Source: Gammaproteobacteria bacterium
Lineage (GTDB): Bacteria; Pseudomonadota; Gammaproteobacteria; SZUA-140
Assembly: GCA_016716465.1 (NCBI GenBank)
Contig: JADJWH010000001.1
Span: forward strand, 365,414 to 429,413
Reading direction: 5' to 3'
Length of the DNA: 64,000 bases
A program made the translations under genes and the position numbers. Every line of letters begins with the position of its first letter. Within the stretch, counting starts at the first letter, position 1. Positions 38,705 to 48,881 of this stretch are shown here, one piece after another. The notes beneath the pieces were generated by a model that worked only from the letters and a program-made list of their open reading frames with translations, was not told the DNA's origin and searched no databases.

Positions 38705-39353
38705 TGTGCGGTCACATTTGCGCTCCCTGTGGGTCGTGATCGGCTTGCAAGGACTGATCATTCTCGCCCTCTGGATCGGCTGGAGCCAGGCACCCAAGCA
38801 GCTGCGAGTTTATGTACCACCTGATTTGCGCTCGGGCGCTGTGTTGGCCGCAGAGGAAGTGCCTCCAGCGAACGTCTATGCCTTCGCGTTCTACATTTTT
38901 CAGCAGCTCAATCGCTGGCCCGAGAACGGTGCTACAGATTACGGCAATGCGATTTTTCGGATCTCACCTTATCTGACGCCTCGCTACCGCAATGATCTGA
39001 TTGAGGATATGGAGTTGAAGGCCAGACGCGGTGAGCTGGCTTATCGGGTACGCGGTGTTCATGAAGTCCCGGGGCATGGCTACGAAGAACGCCGCGTTGA
39101 TGTCTTGTCCTCCGACGCCTGGATCGTGTGGCTAGATCTGGATTTGCTGGAGTCCGTGAAAGGCATGACTGTTAAGCAGACGACCATTCGATACCCGGTT
39201 CGCGTAGTGCGCCAAGCTATCGATCCAGAAACCAATCCCTGGGGTCTGGCGCTTGATGGGTACGCAAGTGACGGCCCGCGTCGATTAACCGATGCCGAAC
39301 TGTCCGAACCCAGTGCAACCGGCAGCAACACCGGTAAGGAGCCCTCCAAATGA
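38676..39353 (+). CDS. ICE conjugative-region protein (TIGR03746-like); ATG at 38676 after GGGAGA
   Basis: N-terminal TM. Synteny. Confidence 0.45.
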   Translation: MRRYRLEIDNVRSHLRSLWVVIGLQGLIILALWIGWSQAPKQLRVYVPPDLRSGAVLAAEEVPPANVYAFAFYIFQQLNRWPENGATDYGNAIFRISPYLTPRYRNDLIEDMELKARRGELAYRVRGVHEVPGHGYEERRVDVLSSDAWIVWLDLDLLESVKGMTVKQTTIRYPVRVVRQAIDPETNPWGLALDGYASDGPRRLTDAELSEPSATGSNTGKEPSK

Positions 39354-40174
39354 ATGTCACTGATTACTACGTTCCAGCGAAATGGATTGCCCTGCTCTGG
39401 TCATGTTTTCTCGGGTTATGTTTTCCCTTGGTCTCCTTTGCGCAAGTCGATGACGCAACATCGAACCGTCCTGAACGAATTGTCTGGAACAAAGCGCCTA
39501 TTGCTATCCCGCTGGTCGTCAGTGAAGAGCGCCTTGTGCATTTTCCGGATTCGGTGAGCATCGGTTTGCCGCAGTCACTGACACCGTTTCTTCGCAGCCA
39601 AAGCATCAATGGCACCTTATACCTGTTGGCCAGACAACCCTTTGAGACCACCCGTGTCATGGTGCGCTCGGAAACCGATGGCCCGATCTACGTCCTCGAT
39701 ATTTCAGCGTCACCAGGCGGATCAGACAGTCGCTCATTGCCTGATGTGCAGATACTGCTGGAGTCACAGCAAGAGGCCGGTGCCGCTGAGTCGACGTCTG
39801 ACAATCGATCACGGTCTTTGGGTTATGCCTCGTTAACCCGTTATGCCGCTCAACAACTCTACGCGCCAACGCGACTGATCCCGCATCAGTCGGGTGTGGT
39901 TGCCATGCCGGTAAATGCCGAACCGGTCGATCTGTTGCATGGCGCAAAGGTTGAAGCCGTGCCGGTCGCCGCGTGGAAGGTGGGGCTGAAGTACGTTACT
40001 GCCGTAAAACTCACCAATCTTACTCAAAGACCGCTTGTGCTGGATCCGCGCGAACTGCGCGGGTCATGGCTGGCTGCGACGTTTCAGCACAATCGCCTGT
40101 TACCCGCCGGCAATGCGGCCGATACCACGGCCGTCTATCTGGTATCAGATCGGCCCTTCGATGTGGCGCTTTGA
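39350..40174 (+). CDS. ICE conjugative-region protein (TIGR03749-like), secreted
   Basis: Signal peptide. Synteny. Confidence 0.45.
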   Translation: MNVTDYYVPAKWIALLWSCFLGLCFPLVSFAQVDDATSNRPERIVWNKAPIAIPLVVSEERLVHFPDSVSIGLPQSLTPFLRSQSINGTLYLLARQPFETTRVMVRSETDGPIYVLDISASPGGSDSRSLPDVQILLESQQEAGAAESTSDNRSRSLGYASLTRYAAQQLYAPTRLIPHQSGVVAMPVNAEPVDLLHGAKVEAVPVAAWKVGLKYVTAVKLTNLTQRPLVLDPRELRGSWLAATFQHNRLLPAGNAADTTAVYLVSDRPFDVAL

Positions 40175-40193
40175 GAGAGGATAAGAATCAACC

Positions 40194-41615
40194 ATGTCGA
40201 TGGTCACCAGTAATCGTTTGTTACCTATTCTTGCCGGCTCTGTTGTGCTGATGGCAGTGCTAGTTGCGGTGAAGTCCTGCTCCCCGAATGAGGAGCAACC
40301 TCAGCTTTTGGAAGCCGTGCCACAAGCGCCGAAACCGGATGCCGATACACCCGCAGACACCATCAAGACACTGACGGCGAATGTCAGCGCCATGACCTCG
40401 GAACTCAATGCCCTGCGTCGGGATAACACCGCGCTCAAACAGGAGAATCGCGATCTAATCAAAGACAGAAAGCAGATCGAAAACAACGTGCTGTCGAGAG
40501 TGCAGACAGCATTGGAGACAAAGCGCATGGATGCAGCCCCCACCGAAACCACGTCAGCCATCGCTGCGCTGACGGCGAGGGTGGATTCGCTGACTAATCG
40601 GTTTGGGACTTCATCTACGCGGCCGTCGTCTACGGGCTCCGATATTCCGATCGGACTCGGTCTGGATGGCATTGGAACATCGGCCGCGGAATCGGAATCG
40701 CTGGTGTGGGTCAATCCCCTGGAGTTCACGCCATCGCCTGACGGTGATAAGGAGACGTTGCTCAACCGCTTCAGTCGCACCGGCCGCAATGCGTTAGATG
40801 GCACTCGTCCGGAAGTGCAATCGCTTGTGGCGAAAGGATCCGATGCCCTCAATACCGCACTGCCGGTCTACACCGTGCCGCGCAATGCCACGCTGATTGG
40901 ATCCACTGGCATGACCGCATTGGTGGGCAGGGTGCCTATCCAGGGGCAGGTCCGCGACCCCATGCCGTTCAAGGTGATTACCGGCAAGGAAAACCTGGCC
41001 GCCAATGGACTGCGCATTCCAGGCATCGAAGGCATGATCTGGAGTGGCACGGCCATCGGTGACTGGACGCTTTCCTGTGTGACCGGGAAATTGGAATCGG
41101 TGACCTTTGTCTTTGAAGACGGCACCATCCAGACTCTATCCAGTGACGATAACCAGTTGGGTGGTTCCAGTGGAAACAGTGATAGACCACTGGGCTGGAT
41201 TTCCGACGCGCGGGGTATCCCCTGTATCACGGGTGAACGCAAGACCAACGCACCCGCATTCCTGACACAGCGTATTGGCGTGATGGCGCTTGAAGCTGCC
41301 GGCGAGGCAGCGGCCCAGGCCGAAACCACAACGCTGATCAATGACTCTGGCTCGGCCACAAGCGTGGTCTCCGGTGAAACGGGCAAATACGTATTAGGCA
41401 AAACCATCAGCGGCGGCAGTGACGAGGTTGCCCAATGGCTGCGCGAGCGTCAGGCACAAAGCTTTGATGCGGTATTTGTGCCCGCCGGTGTCGAGCTGGC
41501 GATCCATGTCGACCATGAACTTCCCATCGATTTCCATTCCAATGGCAGGAAACTCCATCATGAAACGAATCTTTTCGAACAAGCGACGATTACCACTGGC
41601 TCTGGTCTCGATTAG
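40194..41615 (+). CDS. ICE conjugative-region protein (TIGR03752-like, VirB10-like topology)
   Basis: N-terminal TM, coiled coil, Pro-rich region. Synteny. Confidence 0.45.
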   Translation: MSMVTSNRLLPILAGSVVLMAVLVAVKSCSPNEEQPQLLEAVPQAPKPDADTPADTIKTLTANVSAMTSELNALRRDNTALKQENRDLIKDRKQIENNVLSRVQTALETKRMDAAPTETTSAIAALTARVDSLTNRFGTSSTRPSSTGSDIPIGLGLDGIGTSAAESESLVWVNPLEFTPSPDGDKETLLNRFSRTGRNALDGTRPEVQSLVAKGSDALNTALPVYTVPRNATLIGSTGMTALVGRVPIQGQVRDPMPFKVITGKENLAANGLRIPGIEGMIWSGTAIGDWTLSCVTGKLESVTFVFEDGTIQTLSSDDNQLGGSSGNSDRPLGWISDARGIPCITGERKTNAPAFLTQRIGVMALEAAGEAAAQAETTTLINDSGSATSVVSGETGKYVLGKTISGGSDEVAQWLRERQAQSFDAVFVPAGVELAIHVDHELPIDFHSNGRKLHHETNLFEQATITTGSGLD

Positions 41616-42018
41616 TGTGTTGATGGTCGGCTGCGCCAGCACCAAGGAGTCGGTGTTACCACAGGACGGTCCCACCATGAAGTCCATCTACGATCAGCAC
41701 ATGGTTGATGTTCAGAAACCTGACTATCGACGGGCCATGGGTGGTCAGCCGTTACCTCAAACAGGCATCGATCATTATCGGGGTTTCGTGCGAGAAGCCG
41801 CCAATGAGATCGACACGATATTTCCTCGCCTGCCGAATCCCACCCTGGTGATGTACATCTTTCCTCACCTGTCAGGCAGTGAGCGCACTCCGGTACCGGG
41901 CTATGTCACCACCTTTCCCTTTTACGAGAAGGTGGAGTACGCCTTACCTGGGGAAGTGCCGGGGGAAGTGTCCGGTGAGGTGCCGGCCGCGGTCGTACCT
42001 TCGCCCGACGAGCAGTAG
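41560..42018 (+). CDS. ICE conjugative-region lipoprotein (TIGR03751-like)
   Basis: MKRIFSNKRRLPLALVSISVLMVGCAS lipobox. Confidence 0.55.
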   Translation: MKRIFSNKRRLPLALVSISVLMVGCASTKESVLPQDGPTMKSIYDQHMVDVQKPDYRRAMGGQPLPQTGIDHYRGFVREAANEIDTIFPRLPNPTLVMYIFPHLSGSERTPVPGYVTTFPFYEKVEYALPGEVPGEVSGEVPAAVVPSPDEQ

Positions 42019-42025
42019 GACACTC

Positions 42026-44752
42026 ATGACGAATTCAAAATTCCCGGATAATTCGGACGCTTCGCCCTTAACGTCCGATTCGGTAAAACAGCACTATCAG
42101 CGCCCGCCGTCGTTTACCGACCTGTTGCCCTGGATGGAATACCTCCCCGAGAGCAAAACCTTTCTGTTGGAGGACGGCGTCAGTCTGGGAGCCTTGTTCG
42201 AGGTACTGCCGGTCGGTTGCGAAGCGCGCACGCCGGCGTTTATGACACAGTTGCGCGATGCTATTCAAATCGCTATCAACGAGGCCATTCCCGAGCGCGA
42301 TGATGCGCCCTGGGTGTTACAGATCTATGTGCAAGATGAGCCCAAGCTAACCCAATTGAATGCGTTGCTGGCCAGTTATCCGTCGCCGACGGTTCGTGCA
42401 TCGGATTATTCCCAGCATTACCAGTCGGTGATGTCGAAGCACTTGCAGGCGATTTCTCGACCGGGTGGGTTGTTTGACGATACCACCGTCACCGGTTCGC
42501 GTTGGCAGGGGCAGCAACGTCGGATCCGTGTAGTGCTCTACCGTCGTCTGATAAGTAATGGCAAATCCCCAGCCGCTATAGAGGTGGAGGAGGCGATCAA
42601 CGATGTGGCGACCAAATGGATCGCCTCATTGGCCTCTGCCGGGATAAAGGTCCAGCGTGCCAATGGTCAGGCGTTTTATCAGTGGTTGCTGAGCTGGTTC
42701 AATCCCAATCCACCGTTAGCAGACGGTAATCCGGAAGCACTTCTGCAGTTGGCGCCATACCCGGGCGATGAAAACTTACCGTTCGGCCATGACTTTGCTG
42801 AACAACTGACCCTCTCGATGCCACGCTCCGACGAGGCAACAGCGAGTTGGGTTTTCGATAATATGCCGCACACTGTAGTGACCATCCAAAGCTTACGGCG
42901 GGCACCGGACATTGGGCACTTCACGGCGGAGCGCCAGGCCGGGGATCAGGTGTTTTCGCTATTTGATCGTCTGCCCGAGCACACTATCATGGCGATCACA
43001 CTCACTCTCAAGCCGCAGGACACCACCCGCAATCACATCGCCCAGATCAAACGCGCATCGGTGGGTGATTCCGCTGAAGCGTCGATTACCCGGGAAGATG
43101 CGGAACAGGTGGAGCGGGAGATGGCCCAGGGCAACAAGCTGTATCCCGTGAGCATGGCCTTCTATGTGCGGGGCGATAATCAAAAGGCGCTGCGTAACAA
43201 TTTGAATCGACTCCATGCGCTGCTCTTACCCAATGGCCTGCAGCCCATTGCCCAGGAAGCGGACTTGCTGTCGCTCGACAGCTATATCCGCAACTTGCCC
43301 ATGGCCTATGACGCAGACCTGGACAAATCCCGTCGTCGCTCGCGGCTGATCTTCTCTCGCCACATTGCCAATTTACTGCCGTTCTACGGTCGTTCCCGTG
43401 GGACCGGTCATCCGGGCCTGGTGTTCTACAACCGAGGTGCCGAACCTTTGGTCTTCGACCCGCTGCATCGGGATGACCGTAAGAAAAATGCCCACATGCT
43501 GATCCTGGGGCCGACGGGTGCGGGGAAGTCGGCGCTACTGGTGTATCTGCTGCAGCAGATGATGGCACGGCACCGGCCACGTATTTTTATCATCGAGGCC
43601 GGTGCTTCGTTTTCGCTGTTGGGACAGCATTTTGCGCACCACGGTCTTTCAGTAAACCAGATAACCCTGAACCCCAATGTCGATGTCAGTCTGCCGCCCT
43701 TTGCCGATGCGCTTCGACTGCTAGATCGGCGCCATGCGTTTAATCCGCTTAGTGTCGATGAATCCACAATGGAGGAGACGTTAGACGAAGATGATGAGAT
43801 CGAGGAGGAAGGGGTCGGTCGCGATATTCTCGGTGAGATGGAGATTGCTGCACGTATCATGATTACCGGTGGCGATGAACGCGAAGACGCGCGATTGACC
43901 CGGGCCGATCGACTGCTGATCCGCAATGCCATATTCCTTGCCGCAAAAACCGTGAAAGAGACCAGCCGAACCCAGGTAATTACCCAGGATGTGGTCAACG
44001 CCTTTCAGACCATCGCCACCAACAGGGAATTGCCCGGACACCGGCGTAATCGTGCGCTGGAAATGGGCGATGGTATGGCGCTGTTCTGCTCGGGCCTGGC
44101 GGGCCACTTCTTCAACCGACCGGGACAGTCCTGGCCGGAGGCCGATGTCACTATCCTCGAAATGGGCATGCTGGCCAGAGAGGGCTACGAGGATCAGCTC
44201 ACCGTCGCCTACCTGTCGATGATGAGTCACATCAACGACCTGGTGGAACGTCACCAACACGACGATCGGCCCACACTGGTGGTCACTGACGAAGGGCATA
44301 TCATTACCACCAATCCCTTGCTGGCCCGTTACGTGGTCAAGATTACCAAAATGTGGCGCAAGCTCGGCGCCTGGTTCTGGATTGCCACCCAGAATCTGGA
44401 GGACTTTCCCGATGCCAGCCGCAAGATGCTCAACATGATGGAGTGGTGGCTGTGCCTGGTAATGCCGAAAGAGGAAGTGGAGCAGATTGCCCGCTTTAAG
44501 GACCTCAATGATGAGCAACGCAACTTGCTGCTGTCCGCCCGCAAAGAGCCCGGTAAATACGTTGAGGGTGTTGTGCTGGCCGACAAAGTCGAAGCCCTGT
44601 TTCGCAATGTACCACCAGCTTTGTCACTCGCGCTGGCGATGACCGAAAAGCACGAGAAAGCAGAGCGCGCTGCCATTATGCGAGAGAAAAACTGCTCGGA
44701 GCTGGAGGCCGTTTACGAAATCGCCCGGCGCATCGAACAGGCTCGTGCGTAG
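42026..44752 (+). CDS. traC: conjugative transfer ATPase TraC/VirB4-like
   Basis: Walker A ILGPTGAGKS. ~900 aa. Confidence 0.85.
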   Translation: MTNSKFPDNSDASPLTSDSVKQHYQRPPSFTDLLPWMEYLPESKTFLLEDGVSLGALFEVLPVGCEARTPAFMTQLRDAIQIAINEAIPERDDAPWVLQIYVQDEPKLTQLNALLASYPSPTVRASDYSQHYQSVMSKHLQAISRPGGLFDDTTVTGSRWQGQQRRIRVVLYRRLISNGKSPAAIEVEEAINDVATKWIASLASAGIKVQRANGQAFYQWLLSWFNPNPPLADGNPEALLQLAPYPGDENLPFGHDFAEQLTLSMPRSDEATASWVFDNMPHTVVTIQSLRRAPDIGHFTAERQAGDQVFSLFDRLPEHTIMAITLTLKPQDTTRNHIAQIKRASVGDSAEASITREDAEQVEREMAQGNKLYPVSMAFYVRGDNQKALRNNLNRLHALLLPNGLQPIAQEADLLSLDSYIRNLPMAYDADLDKSRRRSRLIFSRHIANLLPFYGRSRGTGHPGLVFYNRGAEPLVFDPLHRDDRKKNAHMLILGPTGAGKSALLVYLLQQMMARHRPRIFIIEAGASFSLLGQHFAHHGLSVNQITLNPNVDVSLPPFADALRLLDRRHAFNPLSVDESTMEETLDEDDEIEEEGVGRDILGEMEIAARIMITGGDEREDARLTRADRLLIRNAIFLAAKTVKETSRTQVITQDVVNAFQTIATNRELPGHRRNRALEMGDGMALFCSGLAGHFFNRPGQSWPEADVTILEMGMLAREGYEDQLTVAYLSMMSHINDLVERHQHDDRPTLVVTDEGHIITTNPLLARYVVKITKMWRKLGAWFWIATQNLEDFPDASRKMLNMMEWWLCLVMPKEEVEQIARFKDLNDEQRNLLLSARKEPGKYVEGVVLADKVEALFRNVPPALSLALAMTEKHEKAERAAIMREKNCSELEAVYEIARRIEQARA

Positions 44753-44768
44753 CGCGCCTGCTGCCTGC

Positions 44769-45572
44769 TCAGGGTTGCTTCACGACCCCGCGACAGGCCG
44801 GAAAGGTTGCGCATCCCCAAAACGCACTTCCGGCGCTTTTGCCCTTTCTGGCAGTTCTTAGCACCATAGTGCCGCCGCACTTCGGGCACGGCGGTGTCGT
44901 TGGCGGTGCAGTTGGTGGTGAAGGGGTATTCTTCTGGCGCAGATGGCGAACGTGTTGCCGGTTGGTAGTCAGCCCTCGCTGCAATCTCAGTTGCTCGATT
45001 TGTGCAGTCACGGCCTCCACATCGGCCTGGCTGAGCACCACTTCACGCCTGGACTTGATATGACGAATGTAACCCCCGGCATAGGTCACGTTGTCGGGCA
45101 TGTCGGTCTTGAACGTGGAATCTCCGACAAACACCACCAGCGAGTGAATTGCTGAAGCCGGAATATCCAGCAGGGCTTCAACGGTTTTGACGTGCTTGTA
45201 GTTCTGGTGCAGTGGGTTCTGAAACTTGTTGGTGTGCTTGTAGATTTTCTGGGTCCAGGTTCTCTGGTTGGCTGAGCCAAAGATCCAGCCTTTCATGTTT
45301 TTGGTTTCAATCACGAACACGCCATAGCGCGACACAATGATGTGGTCGATCTGTGTGGTGCCATCGTCGGTTGGTAATGTCACATTCCTGATCAGGTGGT
45401 ATTCGTCCTTCGGAAGAAACAGCCGTGCGGCCGTATTCACCAGAAACTCACCAGCAATTCCTTTGAACCAGGGCGATTTGAAAATACCAGCAAGTATCGC
45501 CAGTGGTATGAGGTACCACAGCGCGTTAAAGACTTGTTGGATGATGGGGCTGAAGTCCATTTGCGGATGCAT
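44769..45572 (-). CDS. NERD-domain protein with C-terminal topoisomerase-type C4 zinc finger
   Basis: N-terminal TM, NERD core (TQIDHIIVSRYGVFVIETKNMKGWIF), C-terminus CPKCGGTMVLRTARKG...FWGCATFPACRG. Confidence 0.7.
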   Translation of the reverse strand: MHPQMDFSPIIQQVFNALWYLIPLAILAGIFKSPWFKGIAGEFLVNTAARLFLPKDEYHLIRNVTLPTDDGTTQIDHIIVSRYGVFVIETKNMKGWIFGSANQRTWTQKIYKHTNKFQNPLHQNYKHVKTVEALLDIPASAIHSLVVFVGDSTFKTDMPDNVTYAGGYIRHIKSRREVVLSQADVEAVTAQIEQLRLQRGLTTNRQHVRHLRQKNTPSPPTAPPTTPPCPKCGGTMVLRTARKGKSAGSAFWGCATFPACRGVVKQP

Positions 45573-45723
45573 TCGACGTAGTCAATTTGCCCCATTATAG
45601 AAATCTCCGCATCGCTCGACCAGAAACATCGACCAACCCTGTCTGAATAAACCGTTTTGCCAGAATCCAGAATCGAGCAGGATCATTATCTCATCAACAT
45701 TATTTGGTTCTGGATGGTCGTCA

Positions 45724-46161
45724 GTGAATGCCGCAAAGGTCTATTTCATTATCTCGATGGTTCTAACGGGCACGCTAAGTGCGCCGGCCATAGCCGGCGA
45801 GGCAGCACCTGCGATTGAGGTATTTACCGATTCGACGTTTCAGGTTGTCAGTGTTTCCGACAATACAACCGTCTATGTTATGGACCGCATTAACCAGCTG
45901 CAGCAAGCACTCTCCGAGGACTTGCCGAGTGACCCGGAAAATGCCAAACAGTTGGTCCTGGCGAGATTTCAACGAATGGATGCCCAGCTCAGTAGTGAAC
46001 TCGAGAACGCTGCCAAGGGACTGGCGCAGGCGATGCAGTACGGCATCAATCGATACCCGGCCATCGTCTTCGATGGTGACGCGGTGGTTTACGGCGTGAC
46101 CGATGTCACAGCCGCAACCCAGATCTATCAGCGATGGCAGACAAGGGGAGCGCGGCAGTGA
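45724..46161 (+). CDS. ICE conjugative-region periplasmic protein (TIGR03757-like)
   Basis: Signal peptide. Synteny. Confidence 0.45.
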   Translation: MNAAKVYFIISMVLTGTLSAPAIAGEAAPAIEVFTDSTFQVVSVSDNTTVYVMDRINQLQQALSEDLPSDPENAKQLVLARFQRMDAQLSSELENAAKGLAQAMQYGINRYPAIVFDGDAVVYGVTDVTAATQIYQRWQTRGARQ

Positions 46162-47180
46162 AAAAATGTTTGCGTTACGGTGCATTGATCCTGCTGCTGT
46201 GGATGCCGCTGATTGGCAACACGGGCACAATCACCACGCCGCAAATCATCGCGCAAACTACGAGCGCGGCACTGAGCTGTATGCGCTGGATGCCGGTGGG
46301 TATCTGCTTCTGGCTGCGTTGTTCTTTGTCCGGTTGCAGTGTCGAAACCTCTCTCAAAGTCGGCCACTACCAGCCGGACGCTGTGGTAAGCAGCTATAAC
46401 GAACTCGGTGGTAATCCCTGGGTCGAGATTCGCAGTACTCTGGGTGTAGCGCAACAATCAGCGGCTAACGGGCTGTTGGGAAGCTTGTTACCCGTACCCA
46501 TTGACAGTGCCGGCAACAGAACGGAAGGCGGGCAGGGCAACAAGGATCACCGCAATCTGGTTTTCCGGGAAACGGATGTGATCGGCCACCCGGTCAGCTC
46601 CCTGTCGAGCATCGTTGCCAGTACGGGTTATCTTTGCAATTCACAAACCACGTCATTCTTCCCGTATTTTCTCTCTGGCCTTGATGCGCTCTCCTGGCGG
46701 ATGGAAATCCCGGAGATGTTCTATCCCGCGAGCCTGATACCCGGTTTGCGTGAGATCGGCACCTGGCCACTGCAGACCTGGGGCGGCGTCTATCCCCGCA
46801 CCGGCTGGACCACCCAGTCCGAAGAGCCGAAGGCGGCGGCCATCAATGCGCAACGGGCGGGTGACATCGCGACCCGCACCGGCCAACCCCATATCTACGT
46901 GGCGATAACCGGTGGCTCCAGTTCCGGCCAAAGAGTCTGGCCGCCAGGCCCTCTGGTCGAAGACGATCCCGCTACGGGTGAGTGGCAGATGCTGCTTCCC
47001 AAGTCGGAAGCGACCTGCAAGGTGTTCGGTACCAACGATCTGGCCAGTCTCAGTGGCTGGGGTGGTGGTCGTGTCGACGCCCAAGGCGATTACGCCTGGA
47101 ACCTGTGGCGCCCCTACAGCTGCTGTCAGGATCGCGGCATCTTTCTGTTCAACGTTGACTGGATCAATTACCCACCATGA
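46134..47180 (+). CDS. TraU-like conjugative protein (TIGR03756-like)
   Basis: Signal peptide, Cys-rich, size ~340 aa. Synteny. Confidence 0.5.
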   Translation: MADKGSAAVKKCLRYGALILLLWMPLIGNTGTITTPQIIAQTTSAALSCMRWMPVGICFWLRCSLSGCSVETSLKVGHYQPDAVVSSYNELGGNPWVEIRSTLGVAQQSAANGLLGSLLPVPIDSAGNRTEGGQGNKDHRNLVFRETDVIGHPVSSLSSIVASTGYLCNSQTTSFFPYFLSGLDALSWRMEIPEMFYPASLIPGLREIGTWPLQTWGGVYPRTGWTTQSEEPKAAAINAQRAGDIATRTGQPHIYVAITGGSSSGQRVWPPGPLVEDDPATGEWQMLLPKSEATCKVFGTNDLASLSGWGGGRVDAQGDYAWNLWRPYSCCQDRGIFLFNVDWINYPP

Positions 47181-48517
47181 TCAAACGATACGTATTTCAT
47201 GTGCTGATGCTGTCATCGGTCTTATTCGTCATTCACAGTGGAAACGCTGCTCAAGGACCCACCGAAGATGGCTTGTGGTACTACGAAATCGGTGGAGCGG
47301 AACCCGTCTCTGTGCCCGCCAATCCGTCGGTAGTCTCCGTCACCCTGGGTGGATCCGCCCAATTGGGGCTTGGATACAGTTGCGGCAAGTTCGATCCGGT
47401 GGCGGCGGTTACCAATACCTTGAACGACATCGGTGCCGGTGTCGACAACATGATGAACGCGATGACGGCAGCCGCCACCAGCGCCATAGCAGCCTTGCCG
47501 GCTCTGATACTGCAACGGGCCAATCCCGGCCTGTACGACCTCTTTCAAAATGCCCTGATCAAAGCTGAAGAAACCATGCAACTGGCCACCAAATCCTGCG
47601 AACAGATGGAGACGGAAATCGCCCAGGGCAAGAACCCGTACGCGGATTTGATTACCTTGTCCAAGGGCAATGACTGGAAGGTGCAGATGGGTGTCGGTGG
47701 CAACGATGCCGTCACCGCTAAAACCACCGTGGAGTCGTCCAATGGCGATAACGGTGTGCCCTGGATCGGCGGGCAGGCCGGTGGCAGCGGGCAGCCGGTG
47801 CTGGAGTTCACTGGCGATATCGTCGAAGCCGGTTACAACATCAATATGAATCGTGCCGTCACTGATGCAAGCCCGGTACCGGCAGCGTCGTCGACACGTT
47901 TATCCGAGATCTGGCCATCCCCGGCCGATGCGCGTGACTGGACGGTGGATGTGGTGGGCGAGAACATCGTCACCACCTGCGATACCTGCCGTAAGGACAG
48001 CATTCCCGGTACCGGGCTGTTACCCAAGCTCTACCAGGAGTCCGCTACCGTCACCACCGACATCCAGAATCTGGTTAGCGGTGCGACACCACTTACCCTG
48101 ACTAACCTCGACCAGATCACCGCGCCCGGCGTGGCCATCACCCGACAAGTGATCGAAGCGATCCGCGAGATGCCGGGCTCGGAACAGAGCCTGATCATGG
48201 GCCGCCTGGTGTCTGAAATCAGTACCGCGCGCACGGTAGAGAAGGCGCTATTTGCCCGAAGACTACTACTTTCAGGACGACAAGTACCCGAGGTATATGC
48301 CACCGAAGTCGCTCGCGAGCACGCCGACACCTCCATAGCCGAGCTCGACAAAGAAATCGAAAACCTGCTGTTTGAAACGCGTGTGCGCAAGGAGGTGGTT
48401 TCTGACACGGTTACCACATTACTCGAACGGGCAGCTGCCAGACGACAGAGTTCCCTTACCGTGCCGGAAGTGCCGACCCTCGATCCCAACCCTTTGCGAG
48501 GTGGGCGTGTTCAATAA
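47177..48517 (+). CDS. ICE conjugative-region protein (TIGR03755-like)
   Basis: Signal peptide. Synteny. Confidence 0.45.
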   Translation: MIKRYVFHVLMLSSVLFVIHSGNAAQGPTEDGLWYYEIGGAEPVSVPANPSVVSVTLGGSAQLGLGYSCGKFDPVAAVTNTLNDIGAGVDNMMNAMTAAATSAIAALPALILQRANPGLYDLFQNALIKAEETMQLATKSCEQMETEIAQGKNPYADLITLSKGNDWKVQMGVGGNDAVTAKTTVESSNGDNGVPWIGGQAGGSGQPVLEFTGDIVEAGYNINMNRAVTDASPVPAASSTRLSEIWPSPADARDWTVDVVGENIVTTCDTCRKDSIPGTGLLPKLYQESATVTTDIQNLVSGATPLTLTNLDQITAPGVAITRQVIEAIREMPGSEQSLIMGRLVSEISTARTVEKALFARRLLLSGRQVPEVYATEVAREHADTSIAELDKEIENLLFETRVRKEVVSDTVTTLLERAAARRQSSLTVPEVPTLDPNPLRGGRVQ

Positions 48518-48881
48518 CCTCCGGGCTAAGCGAAAAGGCTTTCTGCTATTGACTAGCTTGGCCGCCCTGTTGACAGGGCTGGTCGGTTTTCTACTCATGC
48601 ACCGGCTGCAGACTGAATCCGTGCAATCCGTCCAGCACAGTCTCGATGTCTGGCGGATGGCTTTGATGCTTATTCGCTGGACATTGATCACCCTTGTTGC
48701 ACTCAGTTGGAATCATCTTATTGGTTGGTTGGCGAGTGTAGGCACGATCAACCGCGAGAAAGTTGCTTCACTAACAGAGATGCGCTGGCGCGCCGTCACC
48801 TGGCTGGTGTTATTGGAACTGGTGTTAGGGCAGGGGGTGCTGGTTAAGGCAGTGAGCCTGGCACTTGGAGCAGTGCCATGA
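48501..48881 (+). CDS. small ICE membrane protein
   Basis: TM helices. GTG start overlapping the previous gene. Confidence 0.35.
   Translation: MGVFNNLRAKRKGFLLLTSLAALLTGLVGFLLMHRLQTESVQSVQHSLDVWRMALMLIRWTLITLVALSWNHLIGWLASVGTINREKVASLTEMRWRAVTWLVLLELVLGQGVLVKAVSLALGAVP

Noticed and set aside
43781-44518. 245-aa minus-strand ORF inside traC, and similar antisense ORFs within the giant NTPase gene (for example 34503-35099)
   Set aside because: Antisense to well-supported long genes. No RBS and no motifs.
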